Of a DNA stretch of 47,831 bases, positions 17,365 through 26,745 are shown one piece after another. A program made the position numbers and the translations under genes. The DNA comes from an uncultured Zetaproteobacteria bacterium. GTDB taxonomy: Bacteria > Pseudomonadota > Zetaproteobacteria > Mariprofundales > Mariprofundaceae. The notes under the pieces were generated by a model. That model made no database searches, was not told where the DNA came from, and saw only the letters and a list, made by a program, of their open reading frames with translations. The stretch is taken from assembly GCA_964437065.1 (NCBI GenBank), contig CAYTFI010000002.1, positions 1 to 47,831 of the forward strand, read 5' to 3'. How positions within the stretch are numbered: position 1 is the first letter of the stretch; each line of letters begins with the position of its first letter.

Positions 17365-17554
17365 GTTCCGGACTGTATCAAACAGCATGCACCAAAAAAT
17401 CTTATTGCGCTGGCGCTCCCGATGACCATTTCCCGGAAAACAGTTGTTTCTTATCATCATCATGCCTTATCTGCCTTATCCGGGCACTGCCTTAACATAG
17501 ATCCAGGCGCGCTAACGGAGGCGGGCGCATCATTTTTATCATGGAGAAGGGCTT

Positions 17555-18967
17555 GTGAGTGCGCATGATTGCGATGTATTAATCATTGGCGGAGGAATAT
17601 CAGGGCTCGCCAATGCCTGGTGGCTGGCCCGCGAAGGCCTGTCGGTGGAAGTGTGGGAGGCGGGAGATCGCCCCGGCGGAAAGATAAGAAGCACCAGACG
17701 GGGCGGCTATCTGACTGAGCGCGCTGCGGCCATGGTGATGAATTTTCGCCCTGAAGTGTCGGAGCTAATGCACGAATCCGGACTGGAGGCAGCGAAGGTT
17801 AGCCGACTTCCGGAAGCTGAAGCGAACCGGTATCTGCTGCATGGAGGCGAGTTGAAGGCTCTGCCCATGCGCCTTGGCGGCATGCTGGCTTCGCCGTTAT
17901 GGAGTCTGTCCGGCAAGCTGCGTCTGATGTTTGAGCCTTTTGTGCTCACCAGCGGCGCCAGGGATGAGTCGGTCAGCGATTTTATCGGCAGGCGGCTGGG
18001 GCGCGAAATGCTCGACAAGGCTATGGAGCCATTTGTTGCAGGCACCCTGGCGTCCGATCCTGATCTGGCCAGCGCCAGAGCCACGTTGCCCCGGCTTACT
18101 GCGCTGGAACAACGTTACGGCAGTATCGCAGCAGGCATCCTGATTAATCGAATACTGGGCCGCCGCATGGCGACTGCAACTGAGACTTTCTCTTTCCGTG
18201 GCGGCATTCAGACGCTGGTGGACGTCCTTGCCGGGACGCCGGGGATCCGTATGCTCACCGGTTATGCAGCGCAGGAACTGGTTCGACAGAAGCGCGGCTG
18301 GCGCGTTGCGGCAAATACTTCCGAGGGCGATCGCTGCATTAGTGCGCAGCACGTGATTGTGGCAACGCCGGCGCCGGTTGCAGCCAGACTGGTTAGCCCG
18401 CTGAACAGGAAATTATCCGAATTACTGCATGGCATTGCCTACGCATCAATTGCCGTAGTGCATGCAGGCCTTGATCGCAGCGCCATTGATCATCCGTTGA
18501 ACGGGGGAGGGTTCCTGACGCCGAAGAGCGAGGGCTCGGCGCTATCCGGCAATCTGTGGATGAGCGCTTTGTTTTCCGGTCGGGCCCCGTCGGGCAAGGC
18601 GCTGCTCACCTCTTATCTTGGCGGCGCCCGCGCACCGCAGGTGATCGATTGGGATGAAGAGCGCATCATGGACAGGACCATGCAACTTTTGCAGCCCGTA
18701 CTGGGACTGAATGGCGCGCCGGAGATGGTTCACATCGACCGTCACAAGCATGCCCTGCCGGTTTACCACGGCGCTTACCAGAGCCGAATTGAAGCCATTG
18801 AAGCTGAATTGAAATTGCTGCCGGGCCTGCACCTGGAGGCCAATTACAAGGGCGGCATTTCAGTGCGGGATCGTCTTGGTCTGGGTCGAGCCCTGGCTCA
18901 ACGCATTATGGCCGAACGAGAGCGTGCTTTCGGACGGGGAGCCGAAATGGCAACGATGGGGTGCTGA
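17555..18967 (+). CDS. hemG: Protoporphyrinogen/coproporphyrinogen oxidase (HemY-type, FAD-dependent)
   Basis: IIGGGISGL Rossmann motif, EAGDRPGGKIRS, ESV..F..RRLG, F.GRAP.G and ALP.Y motifs. Confidence 0.9.
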   Translation: MSAHDCDVLIIGGGISGLANAWWLAREGLSVEVWEAGDRPGGKIRSTRRGGYLTERAAAMVMNFRPEVSELMHESGLEAAKVSRLPEAEANRYLLHGGELKALPMRLGGMLASPLWSLSGKLRLMFEPFVLTSGARDESVSDFIGRRLGREMLDKAMEPFVAGTLASDPDLASARATLPRLTALEQRYGSIAAGILINRILGRRMATATETFSFRGGIQTLVDVLAGTPGIRMLTGYAAQELVRQKRGWRVAANTSEGDRCISAQHVIVATPAPVAARLVSPLNRKLSELLHGIAYASIAVVHAGLDRSAIDHPLNGGGFLTPKSEGSALSGNLWMSALFSGRAPSGKALLTSYLGGARAPQVIDWDEERIMDRTMQLLQPVLGLNGAPEMVHIDRHKHALPVYHGAYQSRIEAIEAELKLLPGLHLEANYKGGISVRDRLGLGRALAQRIMAERERAFGRGAEMATMGC

Positions 18968-19022
18968 CTGGGCAGGGCGCTTTTGGCGTGAAATAGCGCA
19001 GTGAAAATGAAAAATAAATATT

Positions 19023-19036
19023 TTGACATAGATCAA
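19023..19036. promoter_or_regulatory. FNR/DNR box upstream of cytochrome c / bd-like operon
   Basis: TTGACATAGATCAA in an AT-rich intergenic region about 160 bp before ATG 19194. Confidence 0.8.
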
Positions 19037-19193
19037 TGTTAGCTGCCTGTGGAGATGCAGATTTCCGTCCGCAGCAACTATGAACAGTTCATCATAAGAT
19101 TCCTGCTTAAGAATGTTATTTCAACATGCCAGTAGCGGGGAATAATTTTAACTGATTGATTGAATGAATACTTAATAAAAACAGGAGGGGAGC

Positions 19194-19850
19194 ATGAAAC
19201 GATTAGTGGTTAGTGTTTCTGTAGGCGCAGCCATGCTGGTGATGTGTTCAGCAAGCAGCTTTGCCGCCGGAGATGCCGTATTTAAAGATAAAGGCTGTAC
19301 AGCGTGTCATTACACGACAGGGCCGGCGCAGGAGAAATCCATTGCCGACCAGCTGGCAAAGAAAGGTCCTGAACTGTGGTATGCAGGCAGTAAATTTCAG
19401 AAGGACTGGCTGGTAGCCTGGCTACAGGATCCCAAGCCGATTCGCACCATGAAATATAATTCCCTGACGGAGAAGAATGCAGGGGATCATCCCAAATTAT
19501 CCGCTAGTGAAGCCGGCGAGGTTAGTGGCTTTCTGATGGGCCTTACCTCAGATGTAGTCAAGGCAGGCGTCGTCAAGCCCAAGTACAGCCCGAAGGCGAA
19601 GCTGGTCTTCCGCAAAAAAATGCCATGTACCGGCTGCCACATATCTCCCGACAAACGCGGCAATATTGGCGGCGGACTTTCCGGGCCATCACTGGTTGGC
19701 GCTTCCAAGCGGTTAAACCCGGACTGGATTCTTGCCTATCTGACAAACATGAAGGTATTCAAGCCGGTCAGGGACATGCCTGATTTTAATGGCCTTATAT
19801 CGGTTCCTGACATGAAAAAAGTAGCGGCCTTTGTGGCTAACTTCAAATAG
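19194..19850 (+). CDS. Diheme c-type cytochrome
   Basis: AGGAGG RBS; signal peptide; CTACH and CTGCH; GPEL/GPSL motifs. Confidence 0.9.
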   Translation: MKRLVVSVSVGAAMLVMCSASSFAAGDAVFKDKGCTACHYTTGPAQEKSIADQLAKKGPELWYAGSKFQKDWLVAWLQDPKPIRTMKYNSLTEKNAGDHPKLSASEAGEVSGFLMGLTSDVVKAGVVKPKYSPKAKLVFRKKMPCTGCHISPDKRGNIGGGLSGPSLVGASKRLNPDWILAYLTNMKVFKPVRDMPDFNGLISVPDMKKVAAFVANFK

Positions 19851-19863
19851 GGGAGTGGTTATT

Positions 19864-20214
19864 ATGTTGAGACTATCATTTACTACAGCCGCACTGTGTG
19901 CGATGATCATGCTGGCCGCAGGGCCGGCTCAGGCCGAGGATGGCAAACAGGTGTTTGACTTCTACTGCGCCCAGTGTCATGGCGTTGAAGGCACCGGCAA
20001 GGGCATTAATGTAACCAAGGACATGGCGACCACGCCGCGCGATTTCACCAATAAGGTGGATATGGCCAAGCGCACCGATGATGATATCAGGACGGTTATC
20101 AGAGATGGCGGCCCTGCTCTGAGCAAGTCGGCAGTGATGCCGCCGTGGGGCAAGACATTATCTGCTGATCAGGTTGAATTATTGCTGGGCTATGTCAGGC
20201 ATTTTGCAAAATAA
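19864..20214 (+). CDS. Monoheme cytochrome c
   Basis: Signal peptide; CAQCH; PRDFT...MPPWG. Confidence 0.9.
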   Translation: MLRLSFTTAALCAMIMLAAGPAQAEDGKQVFDFYCAQCHGVEGTGKGINVTKDMATTPRDFTNKVDMAKRTDDDIRTVIRDGGPALSKSAVMPPWGKTLSADQVELLLGYVRHFAK

Positions 20215-20217
20215 ATG

Positions 20218-20369
20218 GTAACTACTCAGATCACCCTTGATTTGCCCGATAACTGCGTCAAACATGCTCGAGTGCAGGAGCACACTGCGCGTGTTTTCCT
20301 TGTTCTCGAACAAATCAAGGGCAATCTGAGCAGCTACGGGCATGTCCGAACAGGGTGCTGAGTAGTTAC
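20218..20369. repeat. MITE/REP-like element (family A), most complete copy
   Basis: Perfect 12-bp TIR GTAACTACTCAG/CTGAGTAGTTAC plus an internal imperfect inverted repeat of about 27 bp; partial copies elsewhere in the window. Confidence 0.75.
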
Positions 20370-20401
20370 AATAAATGTAATACGGACGGAGAGGCGCCAT
20401 T

Positions 20402-20506
20402 ATGAAATATGAAACAAGAGGTAAAATTTGTAATGGCGTCATTTTCTCCGGCATGTTGGCGAATGTCATCACTGTGGTTCTGATTCTTTATTTTTATGTC
20501 GTGTAG
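20402..20506 (+). CDS. Putative 34-aa single-TM microprotein (MKYETRGKICNGVIFSGMLANVITVVLILYFYVV)
   Basis: GGAGAGG upstream; ATG...TAG; hydrophobic C-terminal helix; below the ORF-track size cut-off. Confidence 0.5.
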   Translation: MKYETRGKICNGVIFSGMLANVITVVLILYFYVV

Positions 20507-20599
20507 GACATTCAAAACAAGGAACAACATCAGCGGAGATGGTAACGGCCTGTCGGAGATATTTGGCTATGTGGAAATTTTCATAAGGGGCGCACGGAT

Positions 20600-20701
20600 A
20601 TGAGTACAGAAGAACAAGAACCAACCTGGTTAGGACCCACCATATTTACGGTGGTTCTGATCGCGATAATTCTAGCATTCAGATGGATGATTAAGGAGTG
20701 A
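20600..20701 (+). CDS. Putative 33-aa single-TM microprotein (MSTEEQEPTWLGPTIFTVVLIAIILAFRWMIKE)
   Basis: AAGGGG upstream; acidic N-terminus, one TM helix, basic flank. Confidence 0.6.
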   Translation: MSTEEQEPTWLGPTIFTVVLIAIILAFRWMIKE

Positions 20702-20708
20702 TGAGGTT

Positions 20709-20822
20709 ATGAAAACAATTTTGCCGTTCAGTGGCGCGTTGGTGGTCTTTGCCCTGTTGTTTCTGGGTCTTGACACCTTGGTCATGAAGCTTCAGGGGCT
20801 ATCCCTGATTTTTCATCAATAG
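20709..20822 (+). CDS. Putative 37-aa membrane microprotein (MKTILPFSGALVVFALLFLGLDTLVMKLQGLSLIFHQ)
   Basis: GAGGT RBS; starts 7 nt after the previous stop; one TM helix. Confidence 0.6.
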   Translation: MKTILPFSGALVVFALLFLGLDTLVMKLQGLSLIFHQ

Positions 20823-20903
20823 AGCACCTGAAACTATCAGTTCAGCGCATCCTGTGCTGAATAAAACAGGCTTATAAACATTGGAAAACGGGGGAGTCGA
20901 GCT

Positions 20904-22787
20904 TTGAAAACATGCTATAAGAGAATTATTTACGGGGCGCTGTTACTGGTATTTACTGCCATTGTGATCGCGCCCGGCATCCTGCCTGCGTCGTTTACGA
21001 ATGTGGCGAGTGTTGCGATTGCGGCCGAGGAGTCAGCGGACGCAGGCGAGGCAGCGGTAGCTGGCGGCGAAGCAGATGCTGAAGCAGATGCGGCGGCAGT
21101 ATCGCCCTACGGCCCTGCGCCAAAATTAACAGCAGCGGATTATCCCACCATACCGGGCTTTAACGGTCGAATTGTAGTCTGGATTGTGGCGCAGATGCAT
21201 CTCTGGTTTGCCGCATTCGTGCTGGCGGTGCCAATCTTTGTATTTATTATTGAAGCTATTGGTATGAAAACACGGGATCAACGTTATGACAATATGGCCC
21301 ACGAGTTCATCAAGGTCAGTCTCACGGCCTATTCGCTGACCGCCATCCTCGGCGGACTGCTGGCCTTCAGCCTGATTCTCTTCTATCCGCAGGTCTTTAC
21401 CTATCTAACTGCAATATTTAAGCCGAGTATGTTTTACTACGCCCTGCTGTTCTTTGCCGAAAGCGCGGTGCTGTATATCTATTATTACGGCTGGGACTGG
21501 CTTCAGGGCGGTAATAAAAAGTGGATTCATCTGACGCTGGGCCTGATGCTTAATGCGGTCGGCACGATGATGATGTTTCAGACCAGCGCCTGGATCACCT
21601 TTACCATGAGCCCGGCTGCTGTGGATGCCGCAGGAGTATTTAACGGCAATACATGGGAAGCGATTCACAATTTCCTGTGGATGCCCATCAACATTCACCG
21701 GTTCGTTGCGAATATTGCCTATGGCGGCTCGATTGTAGGCGCTTATGCAGCCTTTAAATTTCTCAGCGTAACCAACAGGGAGCAACGCGCACATTACGAC
21801 TGGATGGGTTATAATGCTAATTTCATCGCCGTGTGCGCCCTGCTGCCGCTGCCCTTTGCCGGCTATTATCTGACGGCCGAGATTTATGCCTATTCGCAGC
21901 AGATGGGCATCACGCTGATGGGCGGCGTATTCGCCTGGCTGTTTATTATTCAGGCGGTGCTGATCGGCGCCCTGTTCCTGTCGGTGAACTATTATCTGTG
22001 GTGCGGCATGGGTCGAAGCGACGGCGCCTATCGCTATTATCCCTACCTTAAATATATAGCTATTCTTATTATTGGCGCCTTCCTGGTCTGGTTTACACCG
22101 CACACGCTGGTGCTGACCAACGCTGAGCTCAAGAGCCTTGGAGGGCCCTACCATCCTTATCTCGGTAAATTTGGCATCATGCCCGCGAAGAATACAGCAG
22201 TGAACATTATGATACTGTTTACATGCCTGAGCTTTATTCTGTACAGGCGTTCCAACAAAATCGCAACGGTTGCCTGGGCCAAGGCAGGCAATGCTGCGGT
22301 TACAGCGCTGTTTTTGGCCGGCGTGGTGAATATCCTGACGCTTGGCGTTTATTACGGCTATTTCACCAATACGGTGTACAAGGTGGCGGCCTCTATTCCG
22401 CAGGTGTTGACCACGCTTACAGTCGTTGTCATCGCTCTGACACTGGATGTCTTTATCTACAAGGATGCCAAAGAGGTGGCCCCCCTGCATTGGGGCCGGA
22501 TTCCCAATCGTTCGCAATACGCGCTGTTCCTGCTGGCTGTGGCATTTACCTGGCTGATGGGCCTGATGGGTTATATCCGTTCGGGAATCCGTCAGCACTG
22601 GCATGTATATGGCATATTCCGTGACAACTCTGCTGATGCGTTTACGCCTGATCTCTCCTTCGCCGCCAATACCGTTTCGGCAGCGACAGTTCTGTTTATG
22701 GCCATGGTCATCTTTGTATTCTGGCTGGCCTCGGTGAGCGGCCGCAAATCTGATACATCGAAATACTGGATGGGGCAGCAGTCATGA
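20904..22787 (+). CDS. Cytochrome bd-superfamily subunit I-like protein (non-quinol, OR-N/Nitrospira-like)
   Basis: CydA-like motifs AQMHLWF, FFAES..Y.YYYGW, WIHL, NIHRF and GYIRSGIRQHW (compare GRQPW); no extended Q-loop; no cydB adjacent. Confidence 0.8.
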   Translation: MKTCYKRIIYGALLLVFTAIVIAPGILPASFTNVASVAIAAEESADAGEAAVAGGEADAEADAAAVSPYGPAPKLTAADYPTIPGFNGRIVVWIVAQMHLWFAAFVLAVPIFVFIIEAIGMKTRDQRYDNMAHEFIKVSLTAYSLTAILGGLLAFSLILFYPQVFTYLTAIFKPSMFYYALLFFAESAVLYIYYYGWDWLQGGNKKWIHLTLGLMLNAVGTMMMFQTSAWITFTMSPAAVDAAGVFNGNTWEAIHNFLWMPINIHRFVANIAYGGSIVGAYAAFKFLSVTNREQRAHYDWMGYNANFIAVCALLPLPFAGYYLTAEIYAYSQQMGITLMGGVFAWLFIIQAVLIGALFLSVNYYLWCGMGRSDGAYRYYPYLKYIAILIIGAFLVWFTPHTLVLTNAELKSLGGPYHPYLGKFGIMPAKNTAVNIMILFTCLSFILYRRSNKIATVAWAKAGNAAVTALFLAGVVNILTLGVYYGYFTNTVYKVAASIPQVLTTLTVVVIALTLDVFIYKDAKEVAPLHWGRIPNRSQYALFLLAVAFTWLMGLMGYIRSGIRQHWHVYGIFRDNSADAFTPDLSFAANTVSAATVLFMAMVIFVFWLASVSGRKSDTSKYWMGQQS

Positions 22788-23611
22788 GAAACTTTCTAAA
22801 TGTTGTAATTTTCAGCTTGATAATGATTGGTTCATTTGGCGGCTATGCCACCTTTGGCATTCCCCGCATTAAGCCAGCTCCGCCGCCGGTCGAGGAAAAA
22901 CTTGATCTTGGTGCCATGACCATGGAAACCTATATCGCCATGGGTGAAAAAATATTTAAAGGCAAGGGAACCTGCACACTGTGCCATAATGAGCGCGGTC
23001 GGGCGCCGGATCTGCCGAAATTGAATATGGCCGATGAAACCAAAAAGGCCCTCGCCGACCCCCGTTACAAGGCCAAAGGCGAGGCCACGGATGTCCAGGG
23101 CTATCTTTATGAGTCCATGGTGGCGCCGTCCGCCTACGTGGTTGCGGGATTTGGTAAATCTGGGACGAACGATACTGTAAGTCCTATGCCCAATATTTCA
23201 GGCGGCTCAATCGGTTTATCTGATATTGAGATCAATTCGGTGATCGCCTACCTGCAGGATTTAAGCGGCATTGAGGTGACCGTCGAACTTCCAACCATGG
23301 AAGCGCCTCCTGAGGAGGACAGCGGAGAAGATGGCGGCGGACGCGCGCCCTATACCAGCGTTGATGAGATCATTGGCGAGCTTGGCTGCGGCGCCTGTCA
23401 TATGATTGGCGAAGATGAGGGCGAAATAGGCCCTAATCTTAGACATATCGGCGCAAAGCGGGATGTGGAATATCTGAGGCGGGCCGTGATGGATCCCAAT
23501 GCAGATATAGCCGAGGGATTTGAAGCGGATACCATGCCCGATACATTTGGTGATGATTTGAGTGCAAAGGAGTTTGACATGCTTATAAACTATCTGGCCG
23601 GGTCGAAATGA
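22784..23611 (+). CDS. Membrane-anchored diheme cytochrome c
   Basis: N-terminal TM helix; CTLCH and CGACH; ATGA coupling to the bd-like gene. Confidence 0.85.
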   Translation: MRNFLNVVIFSLIMIGSFGGYATFGIPRIKPAPPPVEEKLDLGAMTMETYIAMGEKIFKGKGTCTLCHNERGRAPDLPKLNMADETKKALADPRYKAKGEATDVQGYLYESMVAPSAYVVAGFGKSGTNDTVSPMPNISGGSIGLSDIEINSVIAYLQDLSGIEVTVELPTMEAPPEEDSGEDGGGRAPYTSVDEIIGELGCGACHMIGEDEGEIGPNLRHIGAKRDVEYLRRAVMDPNADIAEGFEADTMPDTFGDDLSAKEFDMLINYLAGSK

Positions 23612-24390
23612 TCATGGAACAGAAAAAACGAATCATACCTCGCATATTACAATTCGCCCTTGTTATCGCCTTTTTCTATGGCGCCTTTGTAACGCTGTTT
23701 GATGTTGTTCTTGGGGCGGTGATCCCCAAGAGCCTGCTGACCATGTACATGTTCTTTGTCGTGGCTGGCGTGTTTATGGTGTTTACCTGTAATGAGGAGA
23801 GCACCAATGAACTGGTTGGTCCCATCAAGGCCCTGGTTGAAGACCCGTCAAAGAAGATGGTGCGCAATATTGTGTTCCTAATCCTTCCGCTGATGGCGGG
23901 CGGATACATGTTTAAAAGCATGCAACCCAGCTTTGAGGCGCCGGTGGAATTGCGCAGCATTCACCCTGCGCCTCCTGCCTCGGTCAAGGTATATGGAAAG
24001 CGCTTCAACCTGTCAACGCTGGAGAACCCCTATCGAAAGTTTGAGACGGAAGATCCGGCCAAATTTAAGAAACTGGTCAATGAAGGCGGCGAAATTTATA
24101 TCAGGAACTGTCAGTACTGTCATGGTGACAGGCTGGATGGCAAGGGGCCCTATGCCGAGGGTCTGAACCCGACGCCGCTCAATTTTCAGGACGTTGGCAC
24201 CATTGCGCAGTTGACGGAGTCATTCGTATTCTGGCGCATTACCACGGGCGGGCCGGGGCTGCCAAAAGAGGCTGCACCATGGATTTCAGCCATGCCCGTG
24301 TGGGAGAATTTCCTGAGCGAGGATCAGGTGTGGAAAGTGATCCTGTTCCTGTATGACTATACAGGCAAGCGTCCGAGGGCCTGGGAATAA
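23608..24390 (+). CDS. Membrane-bound monoheme cytochrome c (about 3 TM + c domain)
   Basis: Hydrophobic N-terminal half; CQYCH; SAMPVW. Confidence 0.85.
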   Translation: MIMEQKKRIIPRILQFALVIAFFYGAFVTLFDVVLGAVIPKSLLTMYMFFVVAGVFMVFTCNEESTNELVGPIKALVEDPSKKMVRNIVFLILPLMAGGYMFKSMQPSFEAPVELRSIHPAPPASVKVYGKRFNLSTLENPYRKFETEDPAKFKKLVNEGGEIYIRNCQYCHGDRLDGKGPYAEGLNPTPLNFQDVGTIAQLTESFVFWRITTGGPGLPKEAAPWISAMPVWENFLSEDQVWKVILFLYDYTGKRPRAWE

Positions 24391-25958
24391 TGAATATCAA
24401 ACAATCAGGGAAGGCTATGAGATATATGAATCCACTGACAAAATTAGTTGCCGGCGCTTTGCTTGCGTCACTGTTCATGGCGGCGCCGGCACTGGCAGCC
24501 GGCGGTGATGCGGCCAAGGGCAAGATCATTTATGAAAAGCGCTGCATATGGTGCCATGGCGCCGATGGCGATGGCCTTGGCCCAGCCGAAGAGCGCCTCA
24601 ACCCGCCGCCACGCAGCTTTGAAGATGGTCAGTACAAGATCAAGACCACAGATTTTGAAAGCATGGTTCCCACTGACGATGACATTTTTCGCATGGTTCG
24701 TGATGGCATGCCTGGTTCGGCGATGCCAAGCTGGAAGGAGCTTCTTACAGAGCCGGAAATGTGGGATGTCGTCCAGTACATCAAGACCTTTGCCGGCTAT
24801 GATGAGGAAAAGCCCGGTGCAACGGTTGATTACGGCACCCAGATCCCGAGCTCGCCTGAAAGCATCGCCAAGGGCAAGGCATTGTTTGAAGATGGCGATC
24901 GCTGCGTTGAATGCCATGGTAAAACAGGCAAGGGCAGCGCCATCAAGGCGCTCAAGGGTGATCTGAAGGAGAGAACGTGGCCGCGCAACCTGACAAAGCC
25001 ATGGACATTCCGTGCAAGCAATGATCAGAAAGATATTTTCACGCGAATAAGCACAGGCATTCCGGGTACGCAGATGCCGTCGTTTGCCGATCCGAAAAGC
25101 AAGAAGAAGCTGAGCATTGAAGAGCGCTGGCATGTGGCAAACTATGTTCACAGCCTTGCCAAGACTGAGGAAGTGGTGAATCCTTCCAACTCGGTGATCA
25201 AGGCGGAGGTGGCTGAGGGAGACTTGCCTGCTACGCCTGATGATGAGCGCTGGAGCAAGACCGTGTCCACTACCTTTAGGCTTGTGCCACAGATCATCGG
25301 AAAGGAGCGCTTTTTCAAACCGGCTAACGATACGATTACGGTCAGGGCTCTTTATAATGAATCCAAGGTTGCCATTTTGCTGGAGTGGGATGATCGAACC
25401 AAGAGCATTCCCGGAGATGAACTGGCAGAGAAGATTGCCGATCAGCCAATGTCGGAGGATGGAGTGGCAGTGCAGCTCCCCGTCGTGATCCCGACTGAAA
25501 TGGAGAAGCCGTATTGGGGCATGGGCGATGCATCGCATCCGGTCAACATCTGGCACTGGAAGAGCGGCTCGACCAAGGCCGGTGAGACTGTGTCGCTGGT
25601 AAATGCCAAGGGCTTTGCTAATATAGAGCCCCGCGAGATTGGTGATACGGGCCTGCAGGCGAAGTCATCTTATGACAATGGAACATGGCGCGTCCTGTTC
25701 ACTCGGGCGCTGACTACTGGCGATGCAGAAAATGATCTGCAGTTTGCCGAGGGTAAGTTTATACCAATCGCCTTTGCCGCCTGGGATGGCAGTAACAGTG
25801 AGTCCGGATCAAAGCACACCATGTCAACATGGTACTGGTTGCTGATGAAGCCGGCGCCGTCTTCCAAGCCTCTGATGTTGGCTATACTGGTTGCCGGGTT
25901 GTTGTTTGGCGGCCTGCTATGGTGGGCGCGCAGTGCGCAGAAGAGCAGTAATGCCTAG
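24390..25958 (+). CDS. Diheme cytochrome c fused to ethylbenzene-dehydrogenase-gamma (DOMON-like heme b) domain
   Basis: CIWCH and CVECH; LEWDD, DGVAVQLP, VNIWHWK, GTWRV.F.RAL and AFAAWDG..SE.G.K motifs; C-terminal TM helix. Confidence 0.85.
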   Translation: MNIKQSGKAMRYMNPLTKLVAGALLASLFMAAPALAAGGDAAKGKIIYEKRCIWCHGADGDGLGPAEERLNPPPRSFEDGQYKIKTTDFESMVPTDDDIFRMVRDGMPGSAMPSWKELLTEPEMWDVVQYIKTFAGYDEEKPGATVDYGTQIPSSPESIAKGKALFEDGDRCVECHGKTGKGSAIKALKGDLKERTWPRNLTKPWTFRASNDQKDIFTRISTGIPGTQMPSFADPKSKKKLSIEERWHVANYVHSLAKTEEVVNPSNSVIKAEVAEGDLPATPDDERWSKTVSTTFRLVPQIIGKERFFKPANDTITVRALYNESKVAILLEWDDRTKSIPGDELAEKIADQPMSEDGVAVQLPVVIPTEMEKPYWGMGDASHPVNIWHWKSGSTKAGETVSLVNAKGFANIEPREIGDTGLQAKSSYDNGTWRVLFTRALTTGDAENDLQFAEGKFIPIAFAAWDGSNSESGSKHTMSTWYWLLMKPAPSSKPLMLAILVAGLLFGGLLWWARSAQKSSNA

Positions 25959-26199
25959 TGCATGCGAGCAGGAAGCGCTCTGTGACTTAAATATGCCGGA
26001 TGAGCGCGGCGGCGTGAAATGCAGGCTCTTTGGCGTAGTGTTGATAGGCCTTGGTTTTTTAGACAGCCTGTTGACCTTGCGTGGCGGCTTTGCAAGTGGA
26101 ATATATTTGACAATTATTGGCATAGGCTTCGCTTTCTTTGCAGTTGGCGCGGTGCTCAGAAGACGAGATTGTCTCAGGGAGTTAAATCATGAAGCATAA
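25951..26199 (+). CDS. Small two-TM membrane protein
   Basis: Two hydrophobic helices; overlaps flanking genes; start uncertain. Confidence 0.55.
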   Translation: MPSACEQEALCDLNMPDERGGVKCRLFGVVLIGLGFLDSLLTLRGGFASGIYLTIIGIGFAFFAVGAVLRRRDCLRELNHEA

Positions 26200-26584
26200 A
26201 ATTCTGATAGTGGACGATGAAGAGCCGATTCGCAAGACGATCCGGCTTCAGTTGAAGGACACTGGCATGGAGATTATCGAGGCTGAGGATGGCGAGCAGG
26301 GAATTGCAGTGCTTGATAATGAAAATGCACTCATTGTGGATGCGATTATTTGCGACGTGCGCATGCCCAAGATCAATGGCGTTGAAGCAATTCATTATTT
26401 CCGCCGCGAGTATCCGGCAATTCCGGTTATTGTATTGACCGGATTCCCGGATGTTAAGCTGGCGACGGACTTCCTTAAGGATGGCGTTGAGGATTATCTG
26501 GTGAAGCCGGTTGAGAAGGAAAAACTGATCGAGGTAGTTACCAGAGCGGTGAGCCATCGGAACGTCTCCGGCGAGAGCATGTAA
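26189..26584 (+). CDS. Single-domain response regulator (receiver)
   Basis: ILIVDDE, phospho-Asp in CDVRMP, LTG, YLVKP. Confidence 0.92.
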   Translation: MKHKILIVDDEEPIRKTIRLQLKDTGMEIIEAEDGEQGIAVLDNENALIVDAIICDVRMPKINGVEAIHYFRREYPAIPVIVLTGFPDVKLATDFLKDGVEDYLVKPVEKEKLIEVVTRAVSHRNVSGESM

Positions 26585-26608
26585 TCCGGTAAAAGCTACC
26601 GACTGATT

Positions 26609-26638
26609 AAAAGAGCGCCCGATGGGCGCTCTTTTTTT
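26609..26638. terminator. Bidirectional intrinsic terminator
   Basis: AAAAGAGCGCCC-GAT-GGGCGCTCTTTTTTT between convergent genes. Confidence 0.85.
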
Positions 26639-26649
26639 GCGCAATAAAA

Positions 26650-26717
26650 TCACGCAAGGGATGCAAGAGAAAATCCTGAAATCAGAAAGCCTCTCTTTTC
26701 TTTGCGTCCTGGCGTGA
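26650..26717. repeat. REP-like imperfect palindrome (family C)
   Basis: TCACGCAAGGGATGCAAGAG...CTTTGCGTCCTGGCGTGA; similar to 35833-35899. Confidence 0.45.
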
Positions 26718-26745
26718 GTCGTTTGCGATGGGGCGCGGCAGGCGG

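Noticed and set aside
21405-22604. 399-aa antisense ORF (also 24468..25556, 14542..15378, 15427..16146, 31511..32275)
   Set aside because: Each lies wholly opposite a well-supported gene and has no recognisable motifs. These are shadow ORFs expected from codon bias.
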